The notes beneath the pieces were generated by a model that was given only the letters and a program-made list of their open reading frames with translations, was not told where the DNA came from and made no database searches. Of a DNA stretch of 64,000 nucleotides, positions 26,441 through 36,238 are shown one piece after another. Position 1 is the first letter of the stretch. The number at the start of each line of letters is the position of its first letter. Source of the stretch: a virus; the IMG/VR virus record IMGVR_UViG_3300044617_002446, positions 1 through 64,000 of that record. One strand, given 5' to 3'. The position numbers and the translations under genes were made by a program.

Positions 26441-27519
26441 ACAATAAAGACCTATTATCAAACTATCTAAAAAGCAACAAAGAAGATCACTTTAATTTTG
26501 CCGGAGAACAGGACTATATATTATCAACCGGAAGTTTAATTTTTGATGTAGAACTTGGTGGAGGGATTCACCCTTCAATTTTGCGCTTTAGCGGAGTTTC
26601 TGGAGGAGGAAAAACAAGCTGCGCTCTTTCAATGATGAAAAACTTCTTATCAGAATCAAAAAATAGAAAAGGTTTTTATATAAAAGCAGAAGGAAGGCTA
26701 TCTAAACAGATAATTGATCGTTCTGGTGTAAAATTCGTTGATGACGCAGAGGAGTGGGAGGATGGAACTTGCTTTGTATTTAAAAGTAATATATATGAAA
26801 CGGTTGCAAATCTGGTTGCCACATTAATTCAAAATAACGAGGCAAAAACAAATTATTTTTTTATTGTAGACAGCATGGATGCCCTTTTACCAAAAGGAGA
26901 TAAAGATAAAACTTTTGAAGAAGCCGTGAAAGTAAGTGGTGGCGCCGTTATCTCGTCTCATTTCTTAAGGAAGATGGCTCTGCCTTTTTCTGTCGGTGGA
27001 CATATTTGTGCTCTAATTTCCCAAGTAAGAAGCGAGGTTAAAGTTAACCAGTATGCCAAAACAGATCCACGTTTAACAAACGCATCTGGAGGCTCAGCTC
27101 TTTTGCATTATTCGGATTGGATTTTTGAATTTTCTCCAAGATATAAATCTGATTATATTACGGCAACCATCAATGGTAAAGAACAAAACATCGGGCATTG
27201 GGCTAAAATAACATTTAAAAAGTCTCCAAATGAAAAAGATGGAAAAGAAATAAAATATCCAATTAAACACAACCAGAATGACGGAAACTCTGTTTGGATA
27301 GAATATGAAATCGCAGATTTAATGCTTACATGGGAAATGGCTAAAAAAGCAGGAGCATGGATAAAAATAGACCAATCTTTAATTGAAGAATTAAAATCAA
27401 ATAAAATTTCATTTCCAGAATCTGTTCAAGGAATAGATAACTTAAGACTAGCATTAACAAACAATCCAGAAGCGTGTAATTTTCTTTTTAAGAAATTTAA
27501 AGATATATGCTTAACATAA
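26437..27519 (+). CDS. RecA/UvsX-like recombinase
   Basis: STGSLIFDVELGGG, Walker A GVSGGGKTS, IVDSMDAL, ISQVR, SGGSALLHY, KAGAW. Confidence 0.9.
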   Translation: MNNKDLLSNYLKSNKEDHFNFAGEQDYILSTGSLIFDVELGGGIHPSILRFSGVSGGGKTSCALSMMKNFLSESKNRKGFYIKAEGRLSKQIIDRSGVKFVDDAEEWEDGTCFVFKSNIYETVANLVATLIQNNEAKTNYFFIVDSMDALLPKGDKDKTFEEAVKVSGGAVISSHFLRKMALPFSVGGHICALISQVRSEVKVNQYAKTDPRLTNASGGSALLHYSDWIFEFSPRYKSDYITATINGKEQNIGHWAKITFKKSPNEKDGKEIKYPIKHNQNDGNSVWIEYEIADLMLTWEMAKKAGAWIKIDQSLIEELKSNKISFPESVQGIDNLRLALTNNPEACNFLFKKFKDICLT

Positions 27520-27522
27520 AAA

Positions 27523-27936
27523 ATGTTTATTTTAAATCTAAAAGGCAGACCTGTAAAAATAAATATTAATAAATCTAGAATAAAATGGGATAAAAAAGTC
27601 GGCAGCAATGCTCAATTCAAAACCAAGCAATTTTTTAAATCTTTTTGGGTTCAGGATCTTGTTTGTGAAGAATTTGTAATACCTCAATCAAGATTAAGAA
27701 TAGATCTAATAAATTTTACAAAAAAGATTATAGTTGAAACATCTGGTCAACAACATGAAAATTTTGTGGAATTTTTCCATGGAAATAGAGTCGGTTTTTT
27801 AAAATCAATAAAAAGAGACTATTCAAAAATTAAATGGTCAGAGATAAATGATTTTCTTTTTTTAGAAATTTATGATACTGAGACAGATTTGTTGAGTGAA
27901 GACTTTATACAAAAAAAATTCAATTTAAAACTATGA
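27523..27936 (+). CDS. Small PD-(D/E)XK/Vsr-like endonuclease
   Basis: EEF..RLRIDL..IIVETSGQQH..FFH..RD..K..W. Confidence 0.7.
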   Translation: MFILNLKGRPVKININKSRIKWDKKVGSNAQFKTKQFFKSFWVQDLVCEEFVIPQSRLRIDLINFTKKIIVETSGQQHENFVEFFHGNRVGFLKSIKRDYSKIKWSEINDFLFLEIYDTETDLLSEDFIQKKFNLKL

Positions 27937-28235
27937 GTAAAGAAAAATATAATCAAAATTTTGAGCTACCTGAATCAATTTTATCTCAAATGGAAGAGAT
28001 GAGTGGTGGCGGATATATAATATTTATTTTAGATGCAGGAAACACGCCCTCAGTGTACGAAAGTTTTGATGGATACGGACAAGAAAGCCAGGTTAAAAAT
28101 TTTGCATTAGACTTTTTACAGGCGGAAAGAGAGGCTAGAAAAGAAATATTTAAAAGAGATATAATTGCGAATATGGAAAATCAAAACGACGACGACGAAG
28201 AAGAGGAGGAGGGCGATCAAGATAATACTGATTGA
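27933..28235 (+). CDS. Hypothetical protein with an acidic C-terminus
   Basis: Overlaps the upstream stop; ends in DDDEEEEEGDQD. Confidence 0.7.
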   Translation: MSKEKYNQNFELPESILSQMEEMSGGGYIIFILDAGNTPSVYESFDGYGQESQVKNFALDFLQAEREARKEIFKRDIIANMENQNDDDEEEEEGDQDNTD

Positions 28236-28260
28236 CCTTTATCAAAAAAAGCGTTATTAG
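28232..28260 (+). promoter_or_regulatory. Sigma70-type promoter
   Basis: TTGACC-17-TATTAG upstream of dnaB. Confidence 0.45.
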
Positions 28261-28274
28261 TTTGGTGAACCATA

Positions 28275-29783
28275 ATGATATTTTCAATTCCTGTAGAAAA
28301 ACACGTTGTTGCGGGCTGCTTAAAATACCCAAAACTTTTTTTTGAAATCGATGCATTTGTTTCAGAAAAAGATTTTTATCATGAAATTCATTCCGTTATT
28401 TATTCTGTAATAAAATCAAATATCTCTCAAAACGAGAGCGTGGACAACGTTCTTATCAGTGAAAAAATAAAAAATCTAGGAATAACATTCAAAAATCAGA
28501 TAAATATTTTTGACTACCTGCAAAGTCTCAGTCTCATAAATCTTTCCGAAAAGGCTTTTATAGAAGCGGCAAAAACACTAAAAACTCTTACTGTCAAAAG
28601 AGAAATATATCAAACCGCCGAAAAATTAAAAGAAAAAATGACGGCGAAAGAGGACATGACCGCAGATCAAATCATATCTGCCGCAGACGCCATTTATAAT
28701 GAAAAAATAAGTGCATACGATTTATTCGAAGAACCTACAAACATCTTTGAAGACGCCAAAGAACAAATAGAGCTAATAGGTAACACGCCCGTTGATGATT
28801 CGGGGTTCAGAACGCCGTTCAATGATTTCAATAGATTATACGGAGGATTAAGACCAAAAAACCTTTATGCGTTTGTTGCCAGACCAAAATCTGGAAAAAC
28901 GACCATGCTTTGCGATTTAAATTATAAAATCTGTAACGAAATAAACAAAGGCGAAATATCATGCCTATATTTGGATACAGAAATGGAAACACTTGATGTT
29001 CAAAAAAGACTCGTTGCTTCAATATCTGGAGTGCCATTTTGGTATATAGATACCGGCAATTGGAGAAAAGATAAAGAAATGACTCAAAAAGTCAGAGCTA
29101 CATGGTCTAAAATAAATAATTTTAAATTTTATCATTTAAAAGTAGGAAACAAGACTATCAGTGAGGTTCTTTCTATTGCCAGAAGATGGTATTATTCCAA
29201 AGTTGGTCGAGGGGAGAAAGCAATAATTACATACGATTATTTAAAAATGACAGGAGAAGGCGTATCCGAATCCTGGAAGGAATATCAAGTAATTGGCGAC
29301 AAAACAGATAAATTAAAAAAACTCGGCGAAGAATTGAATTGCGCCGTACTTACTTCCACACAAATGAATAGAAGTGGTGAAAGCCAAAATAGAAGGGCTG
29401 GTGGATTTGCAGATGACTCATCCGCCATCGCGCTTTCAGATAGGCTTCAATGGTTTGCCTCATATGTTGGTATTTTTAGAAGAAAAACTGTTGATGAAAT
29501 AGAAGAAGATGGAGAAGAGTGGGGCACGCATAAATTAATTACAACGGCAAGCAGATTCCAAGGAAAAGATGCAGCTGGTCACGTCGATCTAGTTGAACGA
29601 ATCGTTGATGGTGAAAGAAGATATGTTAATAATTACATTTCTTTTGATGTAAAAAATTTCAATGTTGAAGAAAAAGGAAGCCTAGATCAACTTATAAAAA
29701 GAAATGGATTAAGATTTCAAATTTTTGATAGAGATGGAAGGCTAGTTGACCAAGAAAATCAAAATGAAGACGGGCTTTTATAA
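28275..29783 (+). CDS. dnaB: Replicative DNA helicase
   Basis: N-terminal EKHVVAG..DFY..H..IY, Walker A ARPKSGKT, DTEM, YDYLK, TQMNR; no intein. Confidence 0.92.
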   Translation: MIFSIPVEKHVVAGCLKYPKLFFEIDAFVSEKDFYHEIHSVIYSVIKSNISQNESVDNVLISEKIKNLGITFKNQINIFDYLQSLSLINLSEKAFIEAAKTLKTLTVKREIYQTAEKLKEKMTAKEDMTADQIISAADAIYNEKISAYDLFEEPTNIFEDAKEQIELIGNTPVDDSGFRTPFNDFNRLYGGLRPKNLYAFVARPKSGKTTMLCDLNYKICNEINKGEISCLYLDTEMETLDVQKRLVASISGVPFWYIDTGNWRKDKEMTQKVRATWSKINNFKFYHLKVGNKTISEVLSIARRWYYSKVGRGEKAIITYDYLKMTGEGVSESWKEYQVIGDKTDKLKKLGEELNCAVLTSTQMNRSGESQNRRAGGFADDSSAIALSDRLQWFASYVGIFRRKTVDEIEEDGEEWGTHKLITTASRFQGKDAAGHVDLVERIVDGERRYVNNYISFDVKNFNVEEKGSLDQLIKRNGLRFQIFDRDGRLVDQENQNEDGLL

Positions 29784-30696
29784 TCAAGACCAAATAAAAT
29801 ACGCTTTAGAAAATTTAGGTTACAAGCTTTTAGACAAAGGTAAAGAGTGGAGAGCCAAACCTATTTATAGAGACTCCGACAATGAAACCTCTCTTTCTAT
29901 AAAGAAAGATTCTGGGTTTTGGATAGATTTTGCCAGAAACTATTCTGGCAAACTAGAAGATTTGATAGAAAAAACTTTAAAAAAACCAAAAGGTTTCGGA
30001 GAAGCTTGGCTGAAAAAAGAGGGTTTTTTAAAAAACGAAAAGACAGAAAATGAAAAAAGAGAACAGCTACCTATTTTTTATGAAAAATTTTTCGATAAAT
30101 CCTTATTAGAAAAACTTTCCTTAAATTATACATATTGGATAAATAGAGGAATTTCAGAAAAAACATTGAAAGAGTTCGGTGGAGGGCTTTGCACTACTGG
30201 AAAAATGAATGGAAGGTATGTATTTCCAATTTTTGATGAGTCTAAAAACATTAGGGGCTTTGCTGGTAGATCAATTTATTTAAATAATGATATAAAGTGG
30301 AAATTAATAGGTCGTCGAAGCGAATGGAAATACCCTCTTTTTATAACAAAAGAATACATAGAATCAAAAAAAGAATGTATAATCATCGAAAGTATAGGGG
30401 ACGGTTTAAAGCTTTGGGAAGCAGGAGTAAAAAATTTTATAATTTCGTTTGGATTAAATAGCTTGGAACATTTATATTATCCATTGATATCTCTTGACCC
30501 TAATAAAATAATAATATCATTCAATGACGACTATAAAAATGGTAAATCAAACGGCGCAGGAAATTTAGCTGCCAAAAACTTTCAAAAAAATCTATTATCA
30601 TTTTTTAATAAAGACCAAGTTGTTATAAAATTTCCAACAAAAAATGATTTTGGCGAAATGACCACAGAAGAAATACTCGAATGGAAGAAACTATAA
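29764..30696 (+). CDS. DnaG-like primase (Toprim) with a Cys-less N-terminal domain
   Basis: YWINRGIS, GRYVFPIFD..GFAGR, IIIESIGDG, SFNDD..AG..AA, NDFGEM. The ATG at 29764 is preferred. Confidence 0.85.
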   Translation: MKTGFYNQDQIKYALENLGYKLLDKGKEWRAKPIYRDSDNETSLSIKKDSGFWIDFARNYSGKLEDLIEKTLKKPKGFGEAWLKKEGFLKNEKTENEKREQLPIFYEKFFDKSLLEKLSLNYTYWINRGISEKTLKEFGGGLCTTGKMNGRYVFPIFDESKNIRGFAGRSIYLNNDIKWKLIGRRSEWKYPLFITKEYIESKKECIIIESIGDGLKLWEAGVKNFIISFGLNSLEHLYYPLISLDPNKIIISFNDDYKNGKSNGAGNLAAKNFQKNLLSFFNKDQVVIKFPTKNDFGEMTTEEILEWKKL

Positions 30697-31685
30697 AAAA
30701 AATAAACTACCTTAGTGCGTCAAAAATAAAAACTTTAAACAGTTGTACTTGGCAATATTATTGTGCTTATGAACTTGGAATTCCTCAAAAATCAAACAGC
30801 GGCGCAAGTCGCGGGACTATTGTTCATAATCTTTTTGAACTTATATCAAAACCAAAGCACCAGCATTATATAAATAAAATATGGGTATCTGGTTCTCCAG
30901 AAAAAGTGCCACAGATTAAAAAATTTCTTATAAATGAATTCAAAAAACAAAAAATATCACTAACTGAAGAAGTTAAACCAATTAAGTCAAAATATGGTAA
31001 AAAAAACAATTGGGACACCATATGCGACATGATTCTGACTACTTTAAAACATGAATTTATAGCAATAAATCATTCTAAAATAATAGATTCAGAATATGAA
31101 TTTAATATAGTAAATGAAAATCCAAAGTATGCTGTAAGAGGTTTTATTGACAGAGTAGAAATAGAAAACGAAAATACAATAAAAATATTAGACTATAAAA
31201 GTTCTTCCAAAAAGTTTTCCGGAGAAGATGAGGAGTCAAATATTCAGGCAATGATATATTCGCTTGTTGCTAGAAAAATATGGAAAAATTATAAAAACTA
31301 TACTGCTTCATTCTTTTTTATGAGATTCCCAGAAGATCCATATCAAAATAGTGAATTTTCAAAAAATGAACTAGATGGATTAGAACACTATTTAGAATAT
31401 ATTTCTGAAATATTGGAAAATTTCGACATTAAAAAAGCAAAATCATCAATGGCTGCATTTGACAATGCAAAATCATGGCTTTGCGGAAGAGGCAGCTGGG
31501 TTTGCCCGTATAAAAATGCTTTGACTTTTTTTAAAGTTTTTGAAAAAAATAACGATGAAAAAAAATATATATCTTCGCATTTTGAATTAAAGGATGCCGA
31601 AGAAAAAATTTCTAAAAATAAAAAAGAAGATGTCTGGGACATAGAAATGGTAGAATATACCGGTTGTCCGGCATTTAGTATTTGA
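30681..31685 (+). CDS. PD-(D/E)XK exonuclease (RecB/AddB-like)
   Basis: LSASKI..C..QYY, RGTIVH, RGFIDR, ILDYKS, QAMIY, and C-terminal Cys residues. Confidence 0.85.
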   Translation: MEETIKKINYLSASKIKTLNSCTWQYYCAYELGIPQKSNSGASRGTIVHNLFELISKPKHQHYINKIWVSGSPEKVPQIKKFLINEFKKQKISLTEEVKPIKSKYGKKNNWDTICDMILTTLKHEFIAINHSKIIDSEYEFNIVNENPKYAVRGFIDRVEIENENTIKILDYKSSSKKFSGEDEESNIQAMIYSLVARKIWKNYKNYTASFFFMRFPEDPYQNSEFSKNELDGLEHYLEYISEILENFDIKKAKSSMAAFDNAKSWLCGRGSWVCPYKNALTFFKVFEKNNDEKKYISSHFELKDAEEKISKNKKEDVWDIEMVEYTGCPAFSI

Positions 31686-31710
31686 CTAAAAATTAAAAAA
31701 AACCTATACA
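31682..31710 (+). promoter_or_regulatory. Sigma70-type promoter of the polymerase cluster
   Basis: TTGACT-17-TATACA, with start codons 7-10 nt downstream. Confidence 0.55.
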
Positions 31711-31717
31711 TTAATAG

Positions 31718-32476
31718 GTGATGATTATTCCATTTTTTAAATCACATTACTCTTTAAATAAGAGTATTTTGACCTTATCTGAATCTCACGATGGAGATTT
31801 GGGACCAAAATCAATTTTAAAATTAATAAAAGAAAATAATATTAAAAACGCTTTTCTTGTAGATGAGAACATGAGCGGTTTTCCAGAAATGTATTACAAT
31901 TCTCAAGAACTAGCAGTTGATATTAATTTTGGACTTAGACTAACAGTATGCCAAAATATTAAAGAAAAAAACGAAGCTTCTATAAAAAGTGAATCAAAGG
32001 TAATAATTTTTATAAAAAATGCAAAAGGCTATGAGTGTCTTAGCTCTATATTTTCAATTGCCGCAAAAGATGGATTTTATTATTTGCCAAGAATTGACCT
32101 TCAAACTTTAAGACAGAACTGGTGTGATGATTTGATTTTAGGAATACCATTTTACGATAGTTTTTTATTTAAAAATCATTTTAATATGTCTTCATGTGTA
32201 CCTGAAGCATTTTGGACAAAACCAGTGTTTTTCTGGGAAAACAACAATTTGCCGTTCGATTTATTTTATAAACAAATACTTTCTGAATATTTATCGGATA
32301 ATTTTCCCGATGCTGAATTTTTGCAAGCACAATCTATTTATTATAACGATAGGGATGATTTTTTAGCTTATTTGGCTATGCGATGCATTGGCAAAAAAAG
32401 CGAACTCCAAAAACCCAAACTCGATCACTTAAGCAGTTGCGATTTCTGCCTTGAGTCTTTTCTAGAAAAAATTTAA
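31718..32476 (+). CDS. Stand-alone PHP domain of DNA polymerase III alpha
   Basis: FKSHYSL.KSIL, VDENMSGF, NFGLR, KNAKGYECL, YYLPRID, IYY..DD..AY; metal ligands look degenerate. Confidence 0.8.
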   Translation: MMIIPFFKSHYSLNKSILTLSESHDGDLGPKSILKLIKENNIKNAFLVDENMSGFPEMYYNSQELAVDINFGLRLTVCQNIKEKNEASIKSESKVIIFIKNAKGYECLSSIFSIAAKDGFYYLPRIDLQTLRQNWCDDLILGIPFYDSFLFKNHFNMSSCVPEAFWTKPVFFWENNNLPFDLFYKQILSEYLSDNFPDAEFLQAQSIYYNDRDDFLAYLAMRCIGKKSELQKPKLDHLSSCDFCLESFLEKI

Positions 32477-32477
32477 T

Positions 32478-33128
32478 ATGGAAGAAAATTTAATTAGATT
32501 TAACAAGAGTATCAAAATTCTTTTTATTGATTTTGAAACGGCTAACCTATGCCTTTCTTCTAAATTTAATCTTCCGTGGCAAATGGCTCTTCTTAAAACA
32601 AAAGGTGGAATTCCAGAAGACGAAGGTGAAAGTATTTTAATAAATTGGGGCGATGAATTTAAATTTTCAAAAGGCGCACTTGAAATGGCGCACTCTTATT
32701 GCAAGAACAAAATGCAATCAGAAGGACTTAAACCAATCGAAGCATTTCAAAAACTTTCAGATGCACTATCAGAAACAGATGCGATAGCCGGGCATAATAT
32801 TTTAGGCTTCGATATTTATATGATAAAAGGAATGTATGAAAAACTAGGTAGAAAATTTCCAAATATTATCCAAAAGAAAAAAATATTCGATACATTTGCT
32901 TTAGCCAAAGGTTATTTTAATAATATACCAATTCAAAAAAACGAAAATATAATTTCATATCAATATAAAATGATTAATAATATCATCAAAGGTTCAAAAA
33001 CATCTCTTTCAAAAGTTGCAGAAAGCTTCAATATCGAGTATGATCAAGGAATGCTACATGATGCTCTTTATGATCTAAATTTAAATTTAAAAGTTTGGAA
33101 TAAACTAAAATACCAAATTGATTTTTAA
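32478..33128 (+). CDS. DEDDh 3'-5' proofreading exonuclease (epsilon-like)
   Basis: IDFET, GHNILGFD, DTFAL, LHDALYD. Confidence 0.88.
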   Translation: MEENLIRFNKSIKILFIDFETANLCLSSKFNLPWQMALLKTKGGIPEDEGESILINWGDEFKFSKGALEMAHSYCKNKMQSEGLKPIEAFQKLSDALSETDAIAGHNILGFDIYMIKGMYEKLGRKFPNIIQKKKIFDTFALAKGYFNNIPIQKNENIISYQYKMINNIIKGSKTSLSKVAESFNIEYDQGMLHDALYDLNLNLKVWNKLKYQIDF

Positions 33129-33131
33129 AAA

Positions 33132-35729
33132 ATGTTTATAAAAGAATTCACAAAATTAAATCTTCCATTTCATGGTGTTATATGTCCAAAAATAAGTTTG
33201 GATAAAAAAGATCGCATAGAATATGAAATTACCGAAGGAGCTACAAATCTTGAAATTTTGCAAGCACTTTGTAATAAAGGCTTTAAAAGCATGTTGCCGA
33301 AATGGAAAGATGAAGGCGCAGATATTCAGTCTTATAAAGATAGAGCAAAACTAGAAGTTGAAACATTAAATAAGTTGAATTTTGTTGATTATATACTTAT
33401 TGTATGGGATGTTTTTAATTTTTGTAAGAAAAACGACATACCAACAGGATTAGGTAGAGGTAGCGCGGCCGGAAGTTTGGTTCTTTATCTGCTTGGTGTA
33501 ACAGGCGTAGATCCGGTAAAGTACGGTTTGTTTTTTCAAAGATTTGTTTCAGAGGCAAGGGCTAAGCAAAAAATAGTTGACGGTACGACATATTTAGATG
33601 GAAAAATGATTGCTGACATTGATAGTGATATTTGCTATTATAGAAGAAAGGAAGTTATGAAGTATTTGGATGAAAAATACCCAGAAAGAACATCAAAAAT
33701 GCTCACGGTTTCAACTCTTTCTGGAAAGGCTCTTATTAAAGACTGCGGAAAGATTATAGGTGAAAAAGAGGAGGTAGAAATGAATAAGATAACATCATTG
33801 TTTACTTCTAAATATGGAAAAGTTGCTGAACCCGAAGAAATGTATGAATCTAGTGAGGAATTTAAAAACTGGTGTGATGAAAACGCCTTAGTTTATTCGA
33901 CTGCTTTAAAATTAAAAAACCTTATTAGAAATAAGGGGGTTCACGCCTCTGGAATACTTGTAAGTCATGATAAACTTATAAAAACAACCCCAACAGAGCT
34001 TACAGCCGATAAAGAGATAGTTTCATCATTTACAATGGATTGGGCTACAAAAATAAATATTAAACTAGATCTACTGGGCTTGAAAAGCGTTTCTGTAATT
34101 CATGAAGTTTCAAAAATAACAGGAATAGATTATAAAAATGTTGACTTAGAAAACTATGAGAAAATATATGCTCATCTTCAAGACTTAAAGCACCCCAAGG
34201 GGTTATTTCAAATTGAGGCGGATGTAAATTATAAAGTTTGCCAGAAAGTCAAACCAAAAAATCTAGATCAATTAAGCGCGGTTGTGGCACTAGCCAGACC
34301 AGGTGCGCTTGACTATGCTGATCAATATGCCACGTATGCCATTACAGGGGTAAAGCCGGAAATCGATCCAATTATAGAATCCGTGCTAGAAAAAACAGGA
34401 AATATTTGCTTATATCAAGAGCAAGTAATGTCTATGTTTAATAAAATTGGATTTTCACTAACAGATTCAGAAGAAATTAGACGCGCAATCGGTAAAAAAC
34501 TTCCAGAAGAGGTAGCAAAATGGAAGCCTAAAATTTATCAACAATGTGAAAAACAAGAAATAAAAAAAGAAACAGCTGATCAGATCTGGAAAGTCTGTGA
34601 AGACAGCGCGAATTATCAATTTAATTTATCTCACAGTATTTCATATGGTGCCATGTCTGCTCTCACTACTTATTTTAAGTTTAATCATCCAAAAGAATTT
34701 TTTCTAGCGTTATTAAAAATGGCTAAGAATGAACAAGATTCGTTAAATGAAATAAATATCATTTCACAAGAAATGAAACATTTTGGAATAACTTTACTGC
34801 CGCCAGATCTAGCAAAAAGTGGTGAAGATTTTGAAATTGAAGGAAATAATATCAGGTATGGTCTTTCTGCAATTAAGGGGATTAGCAAAAAGATTATAGA
34901 AAAGATGATAAACTTTCGAAATAGTTATTCTTCAAAAATTGATTTATTTATAGCTGCAAAACAAGCTAAAATATCAATTGGAGTTTTATCTGCACTTATT
35001 CAAGCCGGCGCATTGGAAAGTGTAAATAGCAAATCAAGAAGCCGCCTGGTATTAGAGGCACAAACATGGAATTTACTTAAAGATAAAGAAAAAATAATTG
35101 TAAAGCAATTAATTGATGAATGCAAGTATTCCGATATTTTGCTTTGCGTTAAAGCCATGTCTGAATCAATAAAAGACGAAAAAGGAAAACCCTTAATTAG
35201 AGAATCTAGATTTAAAACAATTAAAAAAGATTACGATAAGTTTAAAACTATTTACTTGTTAAATAGCCGCAACGAAGAGCTTGCGAATTTCTTTTACGAA
35301 AAACAACTTCTTGGCATGCCATATAGCCAAAGTCTTTCTAAAATTTATTCTAAAAAGAATGAAAATATAAAACAAATTTATGACATAAACAATCTGGAAG
35401 ACAAACAAGCAGGACTTTTTGTTGGAATAGTAAACGACATTTTAAAAAGAACATCGAAAAATGGAAACCCATATATTAAATATAGTATTGTAGATGAAAG
35501 CGATACAATAGATTGTTTTCTTTTTTCTTCTGCCAGGAGAGATAAGGTTGCTGAATGCAAAGAATTTAATGGAGGAAAACTTCCAGAAGAAGGGGATATT
35601 GTCGTAGTAAAAGGAACAAAAAAAGATGGTAAAGCTTGCTATATTGAAAAGCTAGGCATCCAAAGCGCAAAAATATATATGGCTTTAAGAGAAATAAAAG
35701 ATATAGATTTAATTGAAGATGATGCTTAA
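33132..35729 (+). CDS. dnaE: DNA polymerase III alpha catalytic core (lacks PHP)
   Basis: GLGRGSAAGSLVLY, FQRF, DIDSD, GVHASG, KLDLLGL, GLFQ, RPG, YQEQ, YQFNLSH, IRYGLSAIKG and a C-terminal OB fold. Confidence 0.93.
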   Translation: MFIKEFTKLNLPFHGVICPKISLDKKDRIEYEITEGATNLEILQALCNKGFKSMLPKWKDEGADIQSYKDRAKLEVETLNKLNFVDYILIVWDVFNFCKKNDIPTGLGRGSAAGSLVLYLLGVTGVDPVKYGLFFQRFVSEARAKQKIVDGTTYLDGKMIADIDSDICYYRRKEVMKYLDEKYPERTSKMLTVSTLSGKALIKDCGKIIGEKEEVEMNKITSLFTSKYGKVAEPEEMYESSEEFKNWCDENALVYSTALKLKNLIRNKGVHASGILVSHDKLIKTTPTELTADKEIVSSFTMDWATKINIKLDLLGLKSVSVIHEVSKITGIDYKNVDLENYEKIYAHLQDLKHPKGLFQIEADVNYKVCQKVKPKNLDQLSAVVALARPGALDYADQYATYAITGVKPEIDPIIESVLEKTGNICLYQEQVMSMFNKIGFSLTDSEEIRRAIGKKLPEEVAKWKPKIYQQCEKQEIKKETADQIWKVCEDSANYQFNLSHSISYGAMSALTTYFKFNHPKEFFLALLKMAKNEQDSLNEINIISQEMKHFGITLLPPDLAKSGEDFEIEGNNIRYGLSAIKGISKKIIEKMINFRNSYSSKIDLFIAAKQAKISIGVLSALIQAGALESVNSKSRSRLVLEAQTWNLLKDKEKIIVKQLIDECKYSDILLCVKAMSESIKDEKGKPLIRESRFKTIKKDYDKFKTIYLLNSRNEELANFFYEKQLLGMPYSQSLSKIYSKKNENIKQIYDINNLEDKQAGLFVGIVNDILKRTSKNGNPYIKYSIVDESDTIDCFLFSSARRDKVAECKEFNGGKLPEEGDIVVVKGTKKDGKACYIEKLGIQSAKIYMALREIKDIDLIEDDA

Positions 35730-35740
35730 AAAATTATAAT
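35713..35740 (+). promoter_or_regulatory. Sigma70-type promoter
   Basis: TTGAAG-16-TATAAT, with the -10 enclosed in an inverted repeat. Confidence 0.5.
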
Positions 35741-35752
35741 AATTTAAGCATT

Positions 35753-36238
35753 ATGAAACTAAACAACATTCAATTTTATAAACCTAATTCTTCTAATAAA
35801 GGCATAGCGGTTTCCTTGTCTTTTAACGAAAAAGACGGGGGAGTATATTTTTCTTTTATTAAGCAACATAGCTGGGACGCCGCAAAAAAAATAGGTTCTT
35901 TCAAAGGCAATACTGAAAATCCAAAAGCCAAAAAAAATATTAAATTTAATGACGTAGAGGTTTCTGGAATAATCAGGGCAATTGAAAAAGAAGATAAGTG
36001 GAGCGCTTATCATAAATTTAATAACGATTCTGGCGTTTCAATTAGTTTTTCTCCATATATTAAAGAAAATGTAATGTCTGGCTACGGATTGAGAATAGTA
36101 GATTCAAAAGACAAAGAAAATGTATTTTCTGTTGGCTTCACAAATGACGAAGCAGTAAAGTTAAGAGAATGGTTAAAAGAAAGCTTGAAAGAAGTTTTTA
36201 GATTAGAAAAAGAAGAAACAACAGAAAACAATAAATGA
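35753..36238 (+). CDS. Hypothetical protein, possibly Whirly/PC4-like ssDNA-binding
   Basis: Apparent two-fold beta-sheet plus helix pattern (IKFNDVEVSGI / VGFTNDEAVKL); adjacent to dnaE. Confidence 0.4.
   Translation: MKLNNIQFYKPNSSNKGIAVSLSFNEKDGGVYFSFIKQHSWDAAKKIGSFKGNTENPKAKKNIKFNDVEVSGIIRAIEKEDKWSAYHKFNNDSGVSISFSPYIKENVMSGYGLRIVDSKDKENVFSVGFTNDEAVKLREWLKESLKEVFRLEKEETTENNK

Noticed and set aside
30681-31685. Cas4 or CRISPR adaptation gene
   Set aside because: The motifs fit a generic phage PD-(D/E)XK exonuclease in a replication cluster, with no cas context.
16105-35729. Inteins or introns in nrdA, nrdB, the RecA-like gene, dnaB or dnaE
   Set aside because: Lengths are compact and conserved motifs are contiguous; no intein splice-junction motifs are present.
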